A DNA stretch of 64,000 bases from an uncultured Acidobacteriota bacterium (GTDB lineage Bacteria; Acidobacteriota; UBA6911; RPQK01; JAPXNP01). The notes beneath the pieces were generated by a model. The model was not told the DNA's origin and ran no database searches. It worked only from the letters and a program-made list of their open reading frames with translations. The DNA lies in NCBI GenBank assembly GCA_963777605.1, contig CAVZRV010000007.1:992001-1056000 (forward strand), in the 5' to 3' direction. This document shows positions 29,498-40,093 of the stretch, in pieces; positions within the stretch are counted from its first letter, which is position 1; every line of letters begins with the position of its first letter. The translations under genes were made by a program, and so were the position numbers.

Positions 29498-31402
29498 ATG
29501 TCAATTGTTCTCGATCACATCAGCAAGAGTTTCGGAGGCCATGTCATCGTGGACGATTTCAGTCTCGAAATCGCCGATGGAGAGTTCTTCGTCCTCCTGG
29601 GAGCAAGCGGCAGCGGAAAGAGCACAATACTCAGGATCATCGCGGGCCTGACACCGGCAGATCGCGGAAGGGTCCTGCTCCACGATCGTGACGTCACCTT
29701 GCTGACACCCCAGGAGAGAGATATCGGGCTGGTCTTCCAGAACTATTCGATCTTCCGGCACATGACGGTCGCCGAGAACATTGAATTCGGACTCAAGCTG
29801 AGAAAGAGTTCCAAGGCGGAACGAACCCGCCGCAGGCAGGAGCTGCTCGATCTCGTCGGCCTCTCCGGGTTGGGCGACCGGTTGCCGAGCCAGTTGTCGG
29901 GGGGCCAGCAGCAGAGGGTCGCGCTGGCCCGAGCCCTGGCCTACCAGCCCAAGGTTCTGTTGCTCGACGAGCCATTCGGCGCCCTCGACGTCAAGATCCG
30001 GAGCCAACTCCGGCGTAACCTCAAACAGATTCAGCAGAAACTCCGGGTCACGACGATCATGGTGACCCACGACCAGGAGGAGGCTTTCGAACTGGCGGAT
30101 CGAATCGGGGTTATCGAGAAGGGGCGCCTTCTTGAACTCGGGCCGGGAGAGGAGCTTTACCTGCGTCCCCGGACCTCCTTTGTCGCAACCTTTCTCGGTG
30201 GCGGCACCGTGGTGGTGGGAAAAATCCGTGAGGGAAAGGCTCACTTCGGGCGCCTCGTGTTACCCCTGACTGCAGAGATGGCACCGGACGAGAACACGCG
30301 GGTTCAGCTCCTGATCCGACCCGAGCAGGTCGCACTTTTCGAGCAACCTCCGCCGGCAAGTGAAATCTGCCTGGGACGGGCGGAACTGATCGAAGAGTCC
30401 TTCACCGGGTCGACGCGGAAGCTCCGGCTCCGGCTCCCCAGGCTGAGAGGGACTCGGCAGATCTCCCCTCCCCCCCCGTTTGGGGAGGATGGGCTGCTCG
30501 TGGACGCCCTTCAGGGAGCCTCCGATGTGGGAGTCGGGGCTACCCCGTACGCTATCGTCAAGGGATTTCATGTCCTTAAGGCGCCCCCCTTGCGGGTGCT
30601 CGTCGTGGCCCCTCCCGGACAGAGTTGTACCCAGGCTCCTCCCTTCGTCCGGTGGACAATCGAGAAGCTGGAAGGGACCGGCACTTGTCTCTCGACGGGC
30701 AGACCGGATGCCGCAACCGAGTCGGAACCGCCGGCGACAGGATCGGAGCAGCAAGCTGGTGGAGAAATGGAAACCACTTCCCGAAAGGGCGGTCACTTGG
30801 AGGGAGTTCTCGCGGAACTGGAGCACTCCCTATACGACATCGTGGTTCTGGTCGTCCCGGACCGAGGCGGATCGAAGACCCTGCCCGGTGAGACGCTGGA
30901 GCTGATCGATTGCCTGCTGCGAATGGGAGAGTTCCCAATCCTGGTGGTAAACGGGGAGTTCACCCGGATCCGTCGGATGATGATCTGCACGCGGGGCGGA
31001 GAGCCGGGCAAGCACGACGTGATGGGCGGGGGAAGGCTGGCCCGGCGGCTTGCGGTTCCGGTCGAGTTGCTGCACATTACGACTCCCGAGTCCCCGTCCA
31101 GTGACCTCTCCCGGGCTCACCTCGATCGCGCAGCGGCGACCCTGCGCTCGTTGGACCTCGAAGTTTCCCTGCGTTTCCGTGAAGCTGACTCGGCCGCTCC
31201 TGCGATTCTCGAGGAAGCGCATCGTTCCGAAAGCGACTTGATCGTGGTTGGCGGACATCTGCCCAGAAGCCGGTTCTTCCCGGGCGAGGACGTGACTCGA
31301 CAGGTGATCCGGGGGGCGGACCGGCCGGTTCTGGTGATCCCGGTGGAGGAAAGGCGGGTAGGAATCCCGGACTCGAGGACCGGGACTCCATCGCAGTTGT
31401 AA
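29498..31402 (+). CDS. cysA: Sulfate ABC transporter ATPase fused to two C-terminal USP domains
   Basis: GASGSGKST, LSGGQQQRVALARALA, LLLDEPFGALD; the C-terminal ~270 aa is USP-like (RRMMIC..G, DLIVVG, VIRGADRPVLVIP). Confidence 0.85.
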   Translation: MSIVLDHISKSFGGHVIVDDFSLEIADGEFFVLLGASGSGKSTILRIIAGLTPADRGRVLLHDRDVTLLTPQERDIGLVFQNYSIFRHMTVAENIEFGLKLRKSSKAERTRRRQELLDLVGLSGLGDRLPSQLSGGQQQRVALARALAYQPKVLLLDEPFGALDVKIRSQLRRNLKQIQQKLRVTTIMVTHDQEEAFELADRIGVIEKGRLLELGPGEELYLRPRTSFVATFLGGGTVVVGKIREGKAHFGRLVLPLTAEMAPDENTRVQLLIRPEQVALFEQPPPASEICLGRAELIEESFTGSTRKLRLRLPRLRGTRQISPPPPFGEDGLLVDALQGASDVGVGATPYAIVKGFHVLKAPPLRVLVVAPPGQSCTQAPPFVRWTIEKLEGTGTCLSTGRPDAATESEPPATGSEQQAGGEMETTSRKGGHLEGVLAELEHSLYDIVVLVVPDRGGSKTLPGETLELIDCLLRMGEFPILVVNGEFTRIRRMMICTRGGEPGKHDVMGGGRLARRLAVPVELLHITTPESPSSDLSRAHLDRAAATLRSLDLEVSLRFREADSAAPAILEEAHRSESDLIVVGGHLPRSRFFPGEDVTRQVIRGADRPVLVIPVEERRVGIPDSRTGTPSQL

Positions 31403-31476
31403 CGTCCTACCCGACTTCTTTTTCAGGAGGCCCTGCCCTGCGGGGTTTGTGGAAGGCATTCGATTAACGGGGGTTC

Positions 31477-32826
31477 GTGATGACAGGTTCCACACGTTGC
31501 CGTATTTTCGTTTCGGTCGCCCTGCTGGTGGCCGTTGCAGTTGCCCTGGACGTTGATCTCTCTGCTCAGGACCGCTTCCAACAGCTCGATCAACGGATTG
31601 CCCGGGTGGAAGCTCAACTGCAGGACCTTCTGGCGGAAGTCCAGCAACTTCGCAAGGAGCGGGCACAATTGGATCTTGCGGAGAAGCCGCCTCAGCCGAA
31701 GGTCGATCTCGACAGCCGGGGCTTGCAGGTGGAAACTCCCAAACGGGACTTCAGCCTCCAGATCTCCGGCGGATTTCAGGTGGATGCCCGAAACTTCCTG
31801 TCCGGCAGGACTGTTATCGGCGGTGATACTCTTCTGATCAGGCGGGCCCGGCCGAACCTGATCCTGAAGGCCGGCAAGTTCGGATTTCGCCTGACTCCCG
31901 ATTTCGCAGGTGCTTCCGCCTCTCTCTACGATGCCTACCTGAGCTGGACACTTACGCCCTATCTTCAACTGCGGGCAGGAAAAATGAAGTCGCCGCTCGG
32001 CCTCGAGAGGCTTCAGTCCGCCACCGCTTTGGGACTTGCGGAGCGGGGACTCCCCTCGGAGTTACTGCCCAACCGCGACGTGGGGGTGATGCTTCAGGCC
32101 AGCCTTCTGGACAAGCGGGTCGATTTCAACCTCGGCCTTTTCAACGGGGCGCCGGACGGGTCCAACCTGTTCCAGGACTTTGACGAGAAGAAGGACCTCG
32201 TGGCGAGGGTTTTCACTCTGCCCTTCCGAAACGGAACGTTGGCGCGGGGTTTGGGTATCGGAATCGCGGGCTCCTATGGTCAGCACCTGGGCCTTGCCCG
32301 GATTTACCAGACCACCACCTTGCAGCCTTTCTTCAAATTTGCGCCTGACACGATCGCGAACGGAACCAGTTGGAGAGTCGTCCCGCAGGCTTACTACTAT
32401 CAGGGACCCTTTGGAGTCATAGCAGAGTGGGCCGCCTCCTCGCAGGAGATGGCGCTGGGCCAGAGGATGCTGGCGGCACGAAACTCTGCGTGGCAGGTGA
32501 CGGGAAGTCTGGTTCTGACGGGAGAAGCGGCTTCCTACGGGGGAGTGGACCCTGCCTCCGATTTTGAACCGGGGTCGGGAAAATTCGGAGCCTTTGAGCT
32601 CGTCCTCCGCGCCGGAAGGCTCAACCTTGACAGCGATATCTTCCCGGATTTTGCCGATGAACGGCTGTCCGCCCGGCGGGCGACCGGGTTCGGCGCGGGT
32701 CTGAACTGGTACCTCAGCCGGGAGGTCCGGCTGCTTTTCGACTACGAAACCACCGGCTTTGTCCCGTTCCTGCGACCGGTTGACCGGGAGCATGCCATCA
32801 TCACGCGAATGCAGTTTGCTTACTGA
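31477..32826 (+). CDS. OprO/OprP family anion-selective porin
   Basis: Signal peptide and coiled coil; RRARP, PDFAG, GKMKSPLGLERLQS, NRDVG, GLNWYL. Confidence 0.85.
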   Translation: MMTGSTRCRIFVSVALLVAVAVALDVDLSAQDRFQQLDQRIARVEAQLQDLLAEVQQLRKERAQLDLAEKPPQPKVDLDSRGLQVETPKRDFSLQISGGFQVDARNFLSGRTVIGGDTLLIRRARPNLILKAGKFGFRLTPDFAGASASLYDAYLSWTLTPYLQLRAGKMKSPLGLERLQSATALGLAERGLPSELLPNRDVGVMLQASLLDKRVDFNLGLFNGAPDGSNLFQDFDEKKDLVARVFTLPFRNGTLARGLGIGIAGSYGQHLGLARIYQTTTLQPFFKFAPDTIANGTSWRVVPQAYYYQGPFGVIAEWAASSQEMALGQRMLAARNSAWQVTGSLVLTGEAASYGGVDPASDFEPGSGKFGAFELVLRAGRLNLDSDIFPDFADERLSARRATGFGAGLNWYLSREVRLLFDYETTGFVPFLRPVDREHAIITRMQFAY

Positions 32827-32893
32827 GATCCCAGGCTCCCCTTGACCCGGAGCCGTCCGGTATGATGAATTGTGGGAAATTTCCTCGACGAGC

Positions 32894-34351
32894 ATGGCTT
32901 TGAAAATCTTACTCGTACTACCGATTCGTGAAGGAAAGAACTTCCAGATCGCGCCCGATCTGGGGATTCTTTACCTGGGGACTGCCCTGCGCTCCCAGGG
33001 GTACGATGTCACCCTGCTCGATTGCCCGAAAGAGAAGTTCACCTTCACCGATTTCAGCCGGTTTGTTCAAGAAGGAGACTTTGATGTTGTCGGATTCCGG
33101 TGTTACAGCCGCGATCACAACTACGTGCGCTACCACTCGGAGATCGTCAAGGCAATTAGACCGGAGACGCTGACACTTGCAGGAGGCCCCCATCCCTCGG
33201 CCCTTCCGGAATTCTTTCTAGGCGATATCTCCACCCTTGATTTCGCCTGGCAATCGGAGGCTGAAGAGGGACTCCCAACCCTTCTCGACGCCTTCCAGAA
33301 CGACGGCGCGCGGATCCCGGATTCGATTCTTGAGACGATTCCGGGACTGGTCTGGAAGAATCGAAGCGAAGACCGCATCGTGGTCAATCCTCCCAGCTTC
33401 GGGCTCGATCTGGACCGGTTCGGAATTCCGGCGTGGGATCTGGTTCGGCCCGAGACGTACCCCAGCTTTATCTGGGAAGAGTATTACCCCATGGTCACCA
33501 CCCGGGGCTGTCCCTATCCCTGCACCTACTGTAACGCCCCGCAACTCTCCGGGAAGAAGTTGCGGCATCGCAGCCCCGAGCACGTCATCGAGGAACTGAG
33601 GCTGTTGAAGTCGCGCTACGGCGTGGGGCGGTTCAGCATCCTCGACGATGAATTTACGCTGAACAAGAAGTACGTCTTTGAGCTGTGCGAAGCACTGATC
33701 GACGCCGGTCTCAATCTGAAGTGGGATTGCCCGAACGGGGTTCGGATTGACTCCCTCTATCCCGAAATGCTCCAGTTGATGGAGGCCGCCGGTTGTGAGG
33801 CCCTGGCGGTCGGGGTCGAGTCGGGCTCGGCACGGGTCCAGAAACTGATCGACAAGCGGGTTACGGTCGAGAGGATCCGAGAGAAGGCGGCCATGATTTC
33901 GGGCTGCAGCGGGATTCAGCTGACCGGCTATTTCATGATCGGATTCCTCGACGAGACCGAAGAGGAAATCCGGGAGACGATCGATTTTGCCTGCGCGCTC
34001 CCTCTGCGAAAGGCGAATTTCAATATCGTCATCCCGATTCCGGGAACCCGGATCTTCGACGACCTGATCCATAAGGGCCTGTTGGAACTGCGCGAGATCA
34101 ACTGGGACACACTGACCAGCGACCAGGTTGCTTTCCGTCGCAACCACGTCAGCGGTGACCGCCTGTTGCGCATGCAGCGGTATGCCTACATGCGATTCTA
34201 CGGTCGCCCGAAAATCATGTTCGATCTGCTCAAGGAATCGCTCGACAATACTGAGGTGATCAAGGCCAGCCTGCGGAAGATCAACATGCTTTCCTGGCGC
34301 GACGAAACCTACCGCTTCACTCCCCTGTACCTGAAAGATCGCCCCGTCTGA
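32894..34351 (+). CDS. Cobalamin-binding radical SAM enzyme
   Basis: B12-binding domain (LGILYL, GGPHPS) followed by TRGCPYPCTYC, DDEF, GVESGS. Confidence 0.9.
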   Translation: MALKILLVLPIREGKNFQIAPDLGILYLGTALRSQGYDVTLLDCPKEKFTFTDFSRFVQEGDFDVVGFRCYSRDHNYVRYHSEIVKAIRPETLTLAGGPHPSALPEFFLGDISTLDFAWQSEAEEGLPTLLDAFQNDGARIPDSILETIPGLVWKNRSEDRIVVNPPSFGLDLDRFGIPAWDLVRPETYPSFIWEEYYPMVTTRGCPYPCTYCNAPQLSGKKLRHRSPEHVIEELRLLKSRYGVGRFSILDDEFTLNKKYVFELCEALIDAGLNLKWDCPNGVRIDSLYPEMLQLMEAAGCEALAVGVESGSARVQKLIDKRVTVERIREKAAMISGCSGIQLTGYFMIGFLDETEEEIRETIDFACALPLRKANFNIVIPIPGTRIFDDLIHKGLLELREINWDTLTSDQVAFRRNHVSGDRLLRMQRYAYMRFYGRPKIMFDLLKESLDNTEVIKASLRKINMLSWRDETYRFTPLYLKDRPV

Positions 34352-35176
34352 TCAGCGCTGTGCCCTGGATGCGCACTGTACCAGCAGCTTTCCGCCCTGG
34401 ACGGCTACGTCAGAGATGTAGTCGGGGAGCCGGAAGTTCTCCCGGTTCTCCGGGGATTCGAACAGCCGGGAGGCGGCAGTGGACAAGCTGATCGCCGGAA
34501 TCGGAAAGGACCCCAACTTGCCAGCGGTGGGCTCCAGGTGAAGGTAGCCGTCGCGAGCGGAAAGCCTTCCCTGGAGTTCAAAGCTCATCTCTTTACCGTA
34601 GAGCTGAAACTTGAGGTAGGTTCGGACCTGCTCTCCGATCAGGGCCACTCGTACATCGGTGACTGTCGATTGCAGCTGGGCAATTTCTCCGGAGGAGAGG
34701 TCACCTCCCGGATCGGAGGAGCCGGGAAGACCGGCCTGAGAGACCTGACCTTCTTCACTTTCTCCGGCTGACGGGAGTTGCAGGTTGGAGTGCAGCCAGG
34801 CATTGAGTTCGGCCTGATCGAGGTCGACCTTCCGGGCGCGCCCGGCCCGGACGTAACGCTCCATCTGGGCGATCTTACGTTTCGCGCTTTGGTGAGCTTC
34901 AGGACTGACCGCTATGACCGGCGCGGGAGCCGGACTCAAAATCAGATAAAGGGTCATGGCCGAGACGATCAGCATGAACCACCGGGCCATCCGCAGCACC
35001 GGCCGAATCCAGCCGGTTCGGGAAACCGGGTCCTGCTCGGGCGGAGGGATTGGCGGACCGCCGACTTCAACGGCGTGGCGGGCGTGGAACTTGGCGAAAA
35101 CAATGCCGCAACGAGGACATTCCTCGGTTGGCTCTTCCTGGTTGAACGAGCAGTTCGGGCATCTCTGACATCTCAT
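34352..35176 (-). CDS. Zinc-ribbon membrane protein of unknown function
   Basis: CPNC...CPRCG at the N-terminus, one TM, then a periplasmic domain. Confidence 0.65.
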   Translation of the reverse strand: MRCQRCPNCSFNQEEPTEECPRCGIVFAKFHARHAVEVGGPPIPPPEQDPVSRTGWIRPVLRMARWFMLIVSAMTLYLILSPAPAPVIAVSPEAHQSAKRKIAQMERYVRAGRARKVDLDQAELNAWLHSNLQLPSAGESEEGQVSQAGLPGSSDPGGDLSSGEIAQLQSTVTDVRVALIGEQVRTYLKFQLYGKEMSFELQGRLSARDGYLHLEPTAGKLGSFPIPAISLSTAASRLFESPENRENFRLPDYISDVAVQGGKLLVQCASRAQR

Positions 35177-35309
35177 GCAGTCTGCTCCAGTCCGGGGCTC
35201 CCCAACTGGCCCTATCGGCAGATCTGGAACTTAACTTTAGCCTCTTCGGCAAACAGACCGCGAAGCTCCCCGACACGCCAGCTGCCTTCGTGATCCGGGC
35301 AGGCCCAAC

Positions 35310-35684
35310 CTAGGCCTCGATGACGACGGCGGCGACGGCATACTCGGCGGCGTGGGTGATGGTCAAATGAGCGGAGATCCCCTTCATTTCCTTGAGGATC
35401 TCCTCGGCTCGGCCGTAGAAGTTCAGTTCCGGCCTGCCCTTTTCTCCGGAAACCACTTCCACGTCCTGCCAGCGAATGCCTTCCTGCCAACCGGTTCCGA
35501 GTGCTTTCAGGGCGGCTTCTTTGGCGGCGAACCTCCCTGCAAAGTGTTGATAGCGATTCTTGCGCGCAACACAGTATTGCAGTTCCCGTTCCGTGAATAC
35601 CCGCCGAGCCAGGGCATCCCCGTTCTCGAGAGCCTTACGGATGCGGCTTACTTCGACGATGTCGATGCCAAGTCCGATGACCAC
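35310..35684 (-). CDS. acpS: Holo-[acyl-carrier-protein] synthase
   Basis: GLGIDIVEV, AGRFAAKEAALKALGTG, TITH. Confidence 0.95.
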   Translation of the reverse strand: MVIGLGIDIVEVSRIRKALENGDALARRVFTERELQYCVARKNRYQHFAGRFAAKEAALKALGTGWQEGIRWQDVEVVSGEKGRPELNFYGRAEEILKEMKGISAHLTITHAAEYAVAAVVIEA

Positions 35685-35708
35685 GTTGTGTTAACCTCGC
35701 TCAAATTG

Positions 35709-36443
35709 ATGCTTGAGAATGAAGATGGTTGCCATTCCTTCTACCACAATCTCCCGGAACTCGAGCAGATTCCTGATTTTATCCACGGATTTATCGCTCG
35801 CCAACCAGGAGTCACCAGTTTGGACGAGGCAGAAGAGCGGAATGTTCAGTTGCTGGCCGCGCTCGGGATTGGTGCTTCCCGGATCGGTCTGCTGAACCAG
35901 GTCCATTCGAATCAGGTCCTCGTCGTCGCTCGTCAGGATCAATGGCGGGCATGGCCCCAGCGATTGGGCAAGGCGGATGGCGTGGTCGCTCTTGTTCCCG
36001 GACTCGTACCGGTACTGCGAACAGCAGACTGTGTCCCGGTGATTGCCGTTGCGCCGAACCGGCGGGTGGTTGCCCTGTTTCACGCCGGTTGGCGGGGATT
36101 GCGGGCCCGCATTGTGTCGCGAGGGTTGCGTGCGTTGATGGAGTCTTCAGGCGCCGATCCGGACGAGGTCAGGGTTGGCATCGGGCCGTGTATCCGTTCC
36201 TGCTGCTATGAAGTAGGGGAGGAAGTCCTGGCTGCATTCGAAGCGGAAGGATATGAGCGCAGCGCGATCTCGGACGGGCGCCGCCTCGACCTTGCCGCGG
36301 TGGCCCGAAGGCAGGTCGAAGAGGTCGGCATCCCTTCGTGGATTGATCCCGGTATCTGTTGTGCGTGCCGAAACGACCGGTTTTACTCTTATCGAAAAGA
36401 AGGGACTCCGCTACGGATCTGGACCTTTGCCGGCTTCCAGTGA
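35709..36443 (+). CDS. pgeF: YfiH/PgeF family purine nucleoside phosphorylase (laccase-like domain)
   Basis: QVHS, ADG, TADCVPV, HAGWRG, GPCI..CCYEVG, FYSYR. Confidence 0.88.
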   Translation: MLENEDGCHSFYHNLPELEQIPDFIHGFIARQPGVTSLDEAEERNVQLLAALGIGASRIGLLNQVHSNQVLVVARQDQWRAWPQRLGKADGVVALVPGLVPVLRTADCVPVIAVAPNRRVVALFHAGWRGLRARIVSRGLRALMESSGADPDEVRVGIGPCIRSCCYEVGEEVLAAFEAEGYERSAISDGRRLDLAAVARRQVEEVGIPSWIDPGICCACRNDRFYSYRKEGTPLRIWTFAGFQ

Positions 36444-36553
36444 GAGTGGAATCCACTGAACCCCGACCGATTGCCATGGTCGGAACCCTCCTGGCGACTA
36501 GCACTCTTTGAATGATTTCTCGCGAGGTGGGAGAGGCCGGGCTGACCCGGGCC

Positions 36554-37039
36554 TTAATCCAGTTTGGTTGCGAGGATGTCCGCCCGCATCTTGTCCCTGT
36601 AGGCGCGAAGTTTCGTGACCAGTTCGGGGTCTTTTCTGCTCAGGATCTGGACTGCGAAGAGGCCGGCATTCTTGGCACCTGACCTGCCGATTGTCATGGT
36701 CGCCACCGGAATACCGCCCGGCATCTGCACGGTTGAGTAGAGGGCATCAACGCCCTTCAGGGGAGAGGAGTCGATCGGAACTCCGATGACGGGAAGAATG
36801 GAATGAGCGGCCAGGGTCCCCGCAAGGTGGGCGGCAAACCCCGCACCCGCAACCAGGACCTCGACTCCACGCTCCTCCGCACTCTTTATGTACTCAACGG
36901 TGTCGTGCGGCGTCCGATGAGCCGACAGGACTCTCATTTCGTAGCCGACACCAAATTCATCGAGAATTGCTGCGGCCGCTCGCATGACTTCGGCGTCAGA
37001 GCGACTGCCCATCAGGATGCTTACTTTTGGATTTTCCAT
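36554..37039 (-). CDS. purE: N5-CAIR mutase
   Basis: MGSRSD, SAHRTP, AGFAAHLAG, VQMPGGIPVAT. Confidence 0.96.
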   Translation of the reverse strand: MENPKVSILMGSRSDAEVMRAAAAILDEFGVGYEMRVLSAHRTPHDTVEYIKSAEERGVEVLVAGAGFAAHLAGTLAAHSILPVIGVPIDSSPLKGVDALYSTVQMPGGIPVATMTIGRSGAKNAGLFAVQILSRKDPELVTKLRAYRDKMRADILATKLD

Positions 37040-37053
37040 AAAACTCTCTTTCC

Positions 37054-38343
37054 TTAGCCGATACCCAGTCTTTTCAGCCCTTTGGCGGCGATATCACGCC
37101 GGTAGTACATGTCCTGGAAGTGAATCTTGTTGACCCCTTCATAGACCCGGATGATCGCCGATTCCAAATCAGGGCCCAGGGAAGTAACGCCCAGGACCCG
37201 CCCGCCGCCGGTGACGATGTTGCCGTTCTGAAGAGCGGTTCCTGCGTGAAAAACGATTGTCTGCGAATCCTCTTCCGCCATCGGAATGCCGGAGATCTCG
37301 TAACCTTTGGAGTAGGGACCCGGGTAGCCCTTGGATGCGACCACAACGCAGACGGCGGCGTCTTTCTTCCAGGCCACCTCACTCCCGGACAAATCCCCTT
37401 CAGCCAGCGCCCAGAAGAGTTCGAACAGGTCGGAGTCGAGCCGGGGCACTACGGCCTGTGTCTCAGGATCACCGAAACGGACGTTGAACTCGAGCACCTT
37501 GGGACCGTCGGCCGTCAACATCAGCCCGGCGTAAAGGATCCCCTGGAATGGAGTTCCCCGTTCGGACATGCCGCGGAGCGTGGGTTCGATGATCGTGCTC
37601 ATGATGCGCGAACGTAACTGGTCGTCAAGCAGGAAATCAACCGAGTAGGCACCCATCCCTCCAGTGTTGGGCCCGCGGTCGCCTTCGTAGGCAGCCTTGT
37701 GGTCCTGCGAAGGGACCATCGGGAGGATGTGTTCGCCGTCGGTGAACACCATGAACGACGTTTCCTCGCCAGTGAGGAACTCCTCGATAACGATGCGGTC
37801 ACCTGCGGAACCGAAGTCGTGGCTGCGCATGGTTGAGCGCACGGCATCCAGCGCCGGTTCCAGTCCTTCACAAATCAGGACCCCCTTGCCGGCGGCAAGG
37901 CCATCCGCCTTAATGACGGTGGGGAATTCAAACTGCCCCGCTTTCAGGGCAGACTCGGCAGCATTCGCCGATTCGAAGACCGCAAACCGGGCCGTCGGGA
38001 TGTTCTGGTCCTGTAGAAACTGCTTGGAAAAGACCTTGCTCCCCTCCAGTTGCGCAGCAGCGGCCGTCGGACCGGCAATGCGCAGTCCTTCCCCACGAAA
38101 ACGGTCAACGATTCCGTCCACCAGGGGAGCTTCCGGGCCGACCACGGTCAGGTCAGCCGACACATTACGGGCCAGCGAAACAACCTCGTCCAATTTCCCC
38201 AGGCTTACGGAGACATTGCGGCCCAGCAGTGCGCAGCCCGGATTGCCGGGAGCGCAAATGATTTCAGAGACCTTGGGACTCTGTTTCAGCTTCCAGGCCA
38301 AGGTGTGCTCACGCCCACCGGAGCCGAGCATCAAAACTTTCAC
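37054..38343 (-). CDS. purD: Phosphoribosylamine-glycine ligase
   Basis: GSGGREH, GPEAPL, KADGLAAGKGV, GPNTGGMGAY, EFNVRFGDPE. Confidence 0.97.
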   Translation of the reverse strand: MKVLMLGSGGREHTLAWKLKQSPKVSEIICAPGNPGCALLGRNVSVSLGKLDEVVSLARNVSADLTVVGPEAPLVDGIVDRFRGEGLRIAGPTAAAAQLEGSKVFSKQFLQDQNIPTARFAVFESANAAESALKAGQFEFPTVIKADGLAAGKGVLICEGLEPALDAVRSTMRSHDFGSAGDRIVIEEFLTGEETSFMVFTDGEHILPMVPSQDHKAAYEGDRGPNTGGMGAYSVDFLLDDQLRSRIMSTIIEPTLRGMSERGTPFQGILYAGLMLTADGPKVLEFNVRFGDPETQAVVPRLDSDLFELFWALAEGDLSGSEVAWKKDAAVCVVVASKGYPGPYSKGYEISGIPMAEEDSQTIVFHAGTALQNGNIVTGGGRVLGVTSLGPDLESAIIRVYEGVNKIHFQDMYYRRDIAAKGLKRLGIG

Positions 38344-38349
38344 GGCGCC

Positions 38350-38634
38350 TCAACTCTTGGTTTCGCTACTCGACGTAGACTTCGACACACTCTCGGAGGT
38401 GGTCGGAGCGGGCGTTTCCTTCGCGGAAGAGTTGCTGGACGATCCGTTGGACTTCGATTTTCCGTAGTCGTTCACGTACCAGCCGGCGCCCTTGAATCGA
38501 ATAGCCGGCGCCGACAACTGGCGCTCCAGTTTCCCCCCACAGTAGGAACAAGCGACGGGATCGGGATCCGATACTCTCTGAAGGACTTCAACAGTCCGGT
38601 CACAATCAACACAACAATATTCGTATAGAGGCAT
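38350..38634 (-). CDS. FmdB family zinc-ribbon protein
   Basis: MPLYEYCC..C...C..CGG...FKGAGWYVNDY. Confidence 0.9.
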   Translation of the reverse strand: MPLYEYCCVDCDRTVEVLQRVSDPDPVACSYCGGKLERQLSAPAIRFKGAGWYVNDYGKSKSNGSSSNSSAKETPAPTTSESVSKSTSSSETKS

Positions 38635-38806
38635 TGTACCCTCCAGATACACATTCTAACGGCGATGGAATATAAGATCGAAAGTATTGATTGTCAAGGT
38701 GATGCACCCGCGACTGTGAAGCGTTCCGGGCTGTCGTGCTATGATCGAGCCCTGCTGAAACGGCTGTCACAGAGGGCTGAGATCCTGTCATTGGTGGAGT
38801 AATTAT

Positions 38807-40093
38807 ATGCTAAATCGGATTTTCATCCGAGAAAACCTGGACCTGGTGAGGGAGCGCCTCGCACGAAAGCGATTCGAGCTGGACGTTGCCGGATTTTTGG
38901 CCCTCGATGAGCGGGAGCGGGAGATTCGGACGAAGGTTGAAGAATTGCGTGCATTGCGCAACCGCACCAGTGAGGAAATCGCGTCGGTGAAGAAGTCCGG
39001 TGGCGATGCCACCGCGAAGATCACCGAAATGCGCGAGGTTTCGACGGAAATCAAGCGCCTGGAAGAAGGGCTGACGGCGCTCGAAAGCGAAGTGCAGACC
39101 TTCCTGTCTACGATCCCGAACCTGCCGGACCAATCGGTGCCCGTGGGAGTTGACGACCAATCCAACCGGGTGGAGCGCACGGCAGGGACACCGAGGAAGT
39201 TTGATTTCCCGGTGCTGGACCATGTTGACTTGGGAACCCGGCTCGGGGTTCTCGACATGGAGCGTGCCACCAAAATTGCCGGGGCTCGGTTCGCGGTCTA
39301 CTCCGGTGCCGGTGCCCTTCTCGAGCGAGCGCTGATCAACTTCATGCTCGACATCCACACCCGGGAACACGGCTACCGTGAGGTCTTGCCTCCGTTTATG
39401 GCCAATAGTGCGAGTTTCTTCGGGACCGGAAATCTGCCCAAGTTTGAGGCCGATCTGTTCAAGGTCCAGGGGACGGACTATTTTCTGGTTCCGACTGCGG
39501 AGGTCCCGGTCACGAATCTGCACGCCGGCGACATTCTTGACGAAGATGATCTCCCGCTCTACTACACGGCGTTCACTCCCTGCTTCCGCAGTGAAGCGGG
39601 TTCCTACGGGCGGGACACGCGGGGGCTGATCCGACAGCACCAGTTCAACAAAGTGGAACTGGTGAAGTTCACGACTCCTGAGCAGTCCTACCGGGAACTC
39701 GAGAAACTGACGGCCGACGCCGAAGACATCTTGCGACGACTTGAACTGCCCTTCCGGACGGTTACGTTGTCGACCGGGGACATGAGTTTTACCTCCGCCA
39801 AGACCTACGACCTGGAAGTGTGGATTCCGAGTCAGAATAGTTACCGGGAAATCTCTTCCTGCAGCAACTTCGAAGATTTCCAGGCCCGGCGGGCGAATAT
39901 TCGCTACAAGCCCCGCGAAGGTAAGCGGACGCGGTTGGCCCACACGCTCAACGGCTCTGGACTGGCGGTCGGGCGCACCTGGGTTGCCATTGTCGAGAAC
40001 TATCAGCAGGCCGACGGCAGCGTGGTGATACCCGAGGCACTCCGCAGCTACATGCATGGACTCTCGGTGATTCGTCCCGATGATTCGATTTAA
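38807..40093 (+). CDS. serS: Serine-tRNA ligase
   Basis: [46 protein letters not shown]. Confidence 0.98.
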   Translation: MLNRIFIRENLDLVRERLARKRFELDVAGFLALDEREREIRTKVEELRALRNRTSEEIASVKKSGGDATAKITEMREVSTEIKRLEEGLTALESEVQTFLSTIPNLPDQSVPVGVDDQSNRVERTAGTPRKFDFPVLDHVDLGTRLGVLDMERATKIAGARFAVYSGAGALLERALINFMLDIHTREHGYREVLPPFMANSASFFGTGNLPKFEADLFKVQGTDYFLVPTAEVPVTNLHAGDILDEDDLPLYYTAFTPCFRSEAGSYGRDTRGLIRQHQFNKVELVKFTTPEQSYRELEKLTADAEDILRRLELPFRTVTLSTGDMSFTSAKTYDLEVWIPSQNSYREISSCSNFEDFQARRANIRYKPREGKRTRLAHTLNGSGLAVGRTWVAIVENYQQADGSVVIPEALRSYMHGLSVIRPDDSI

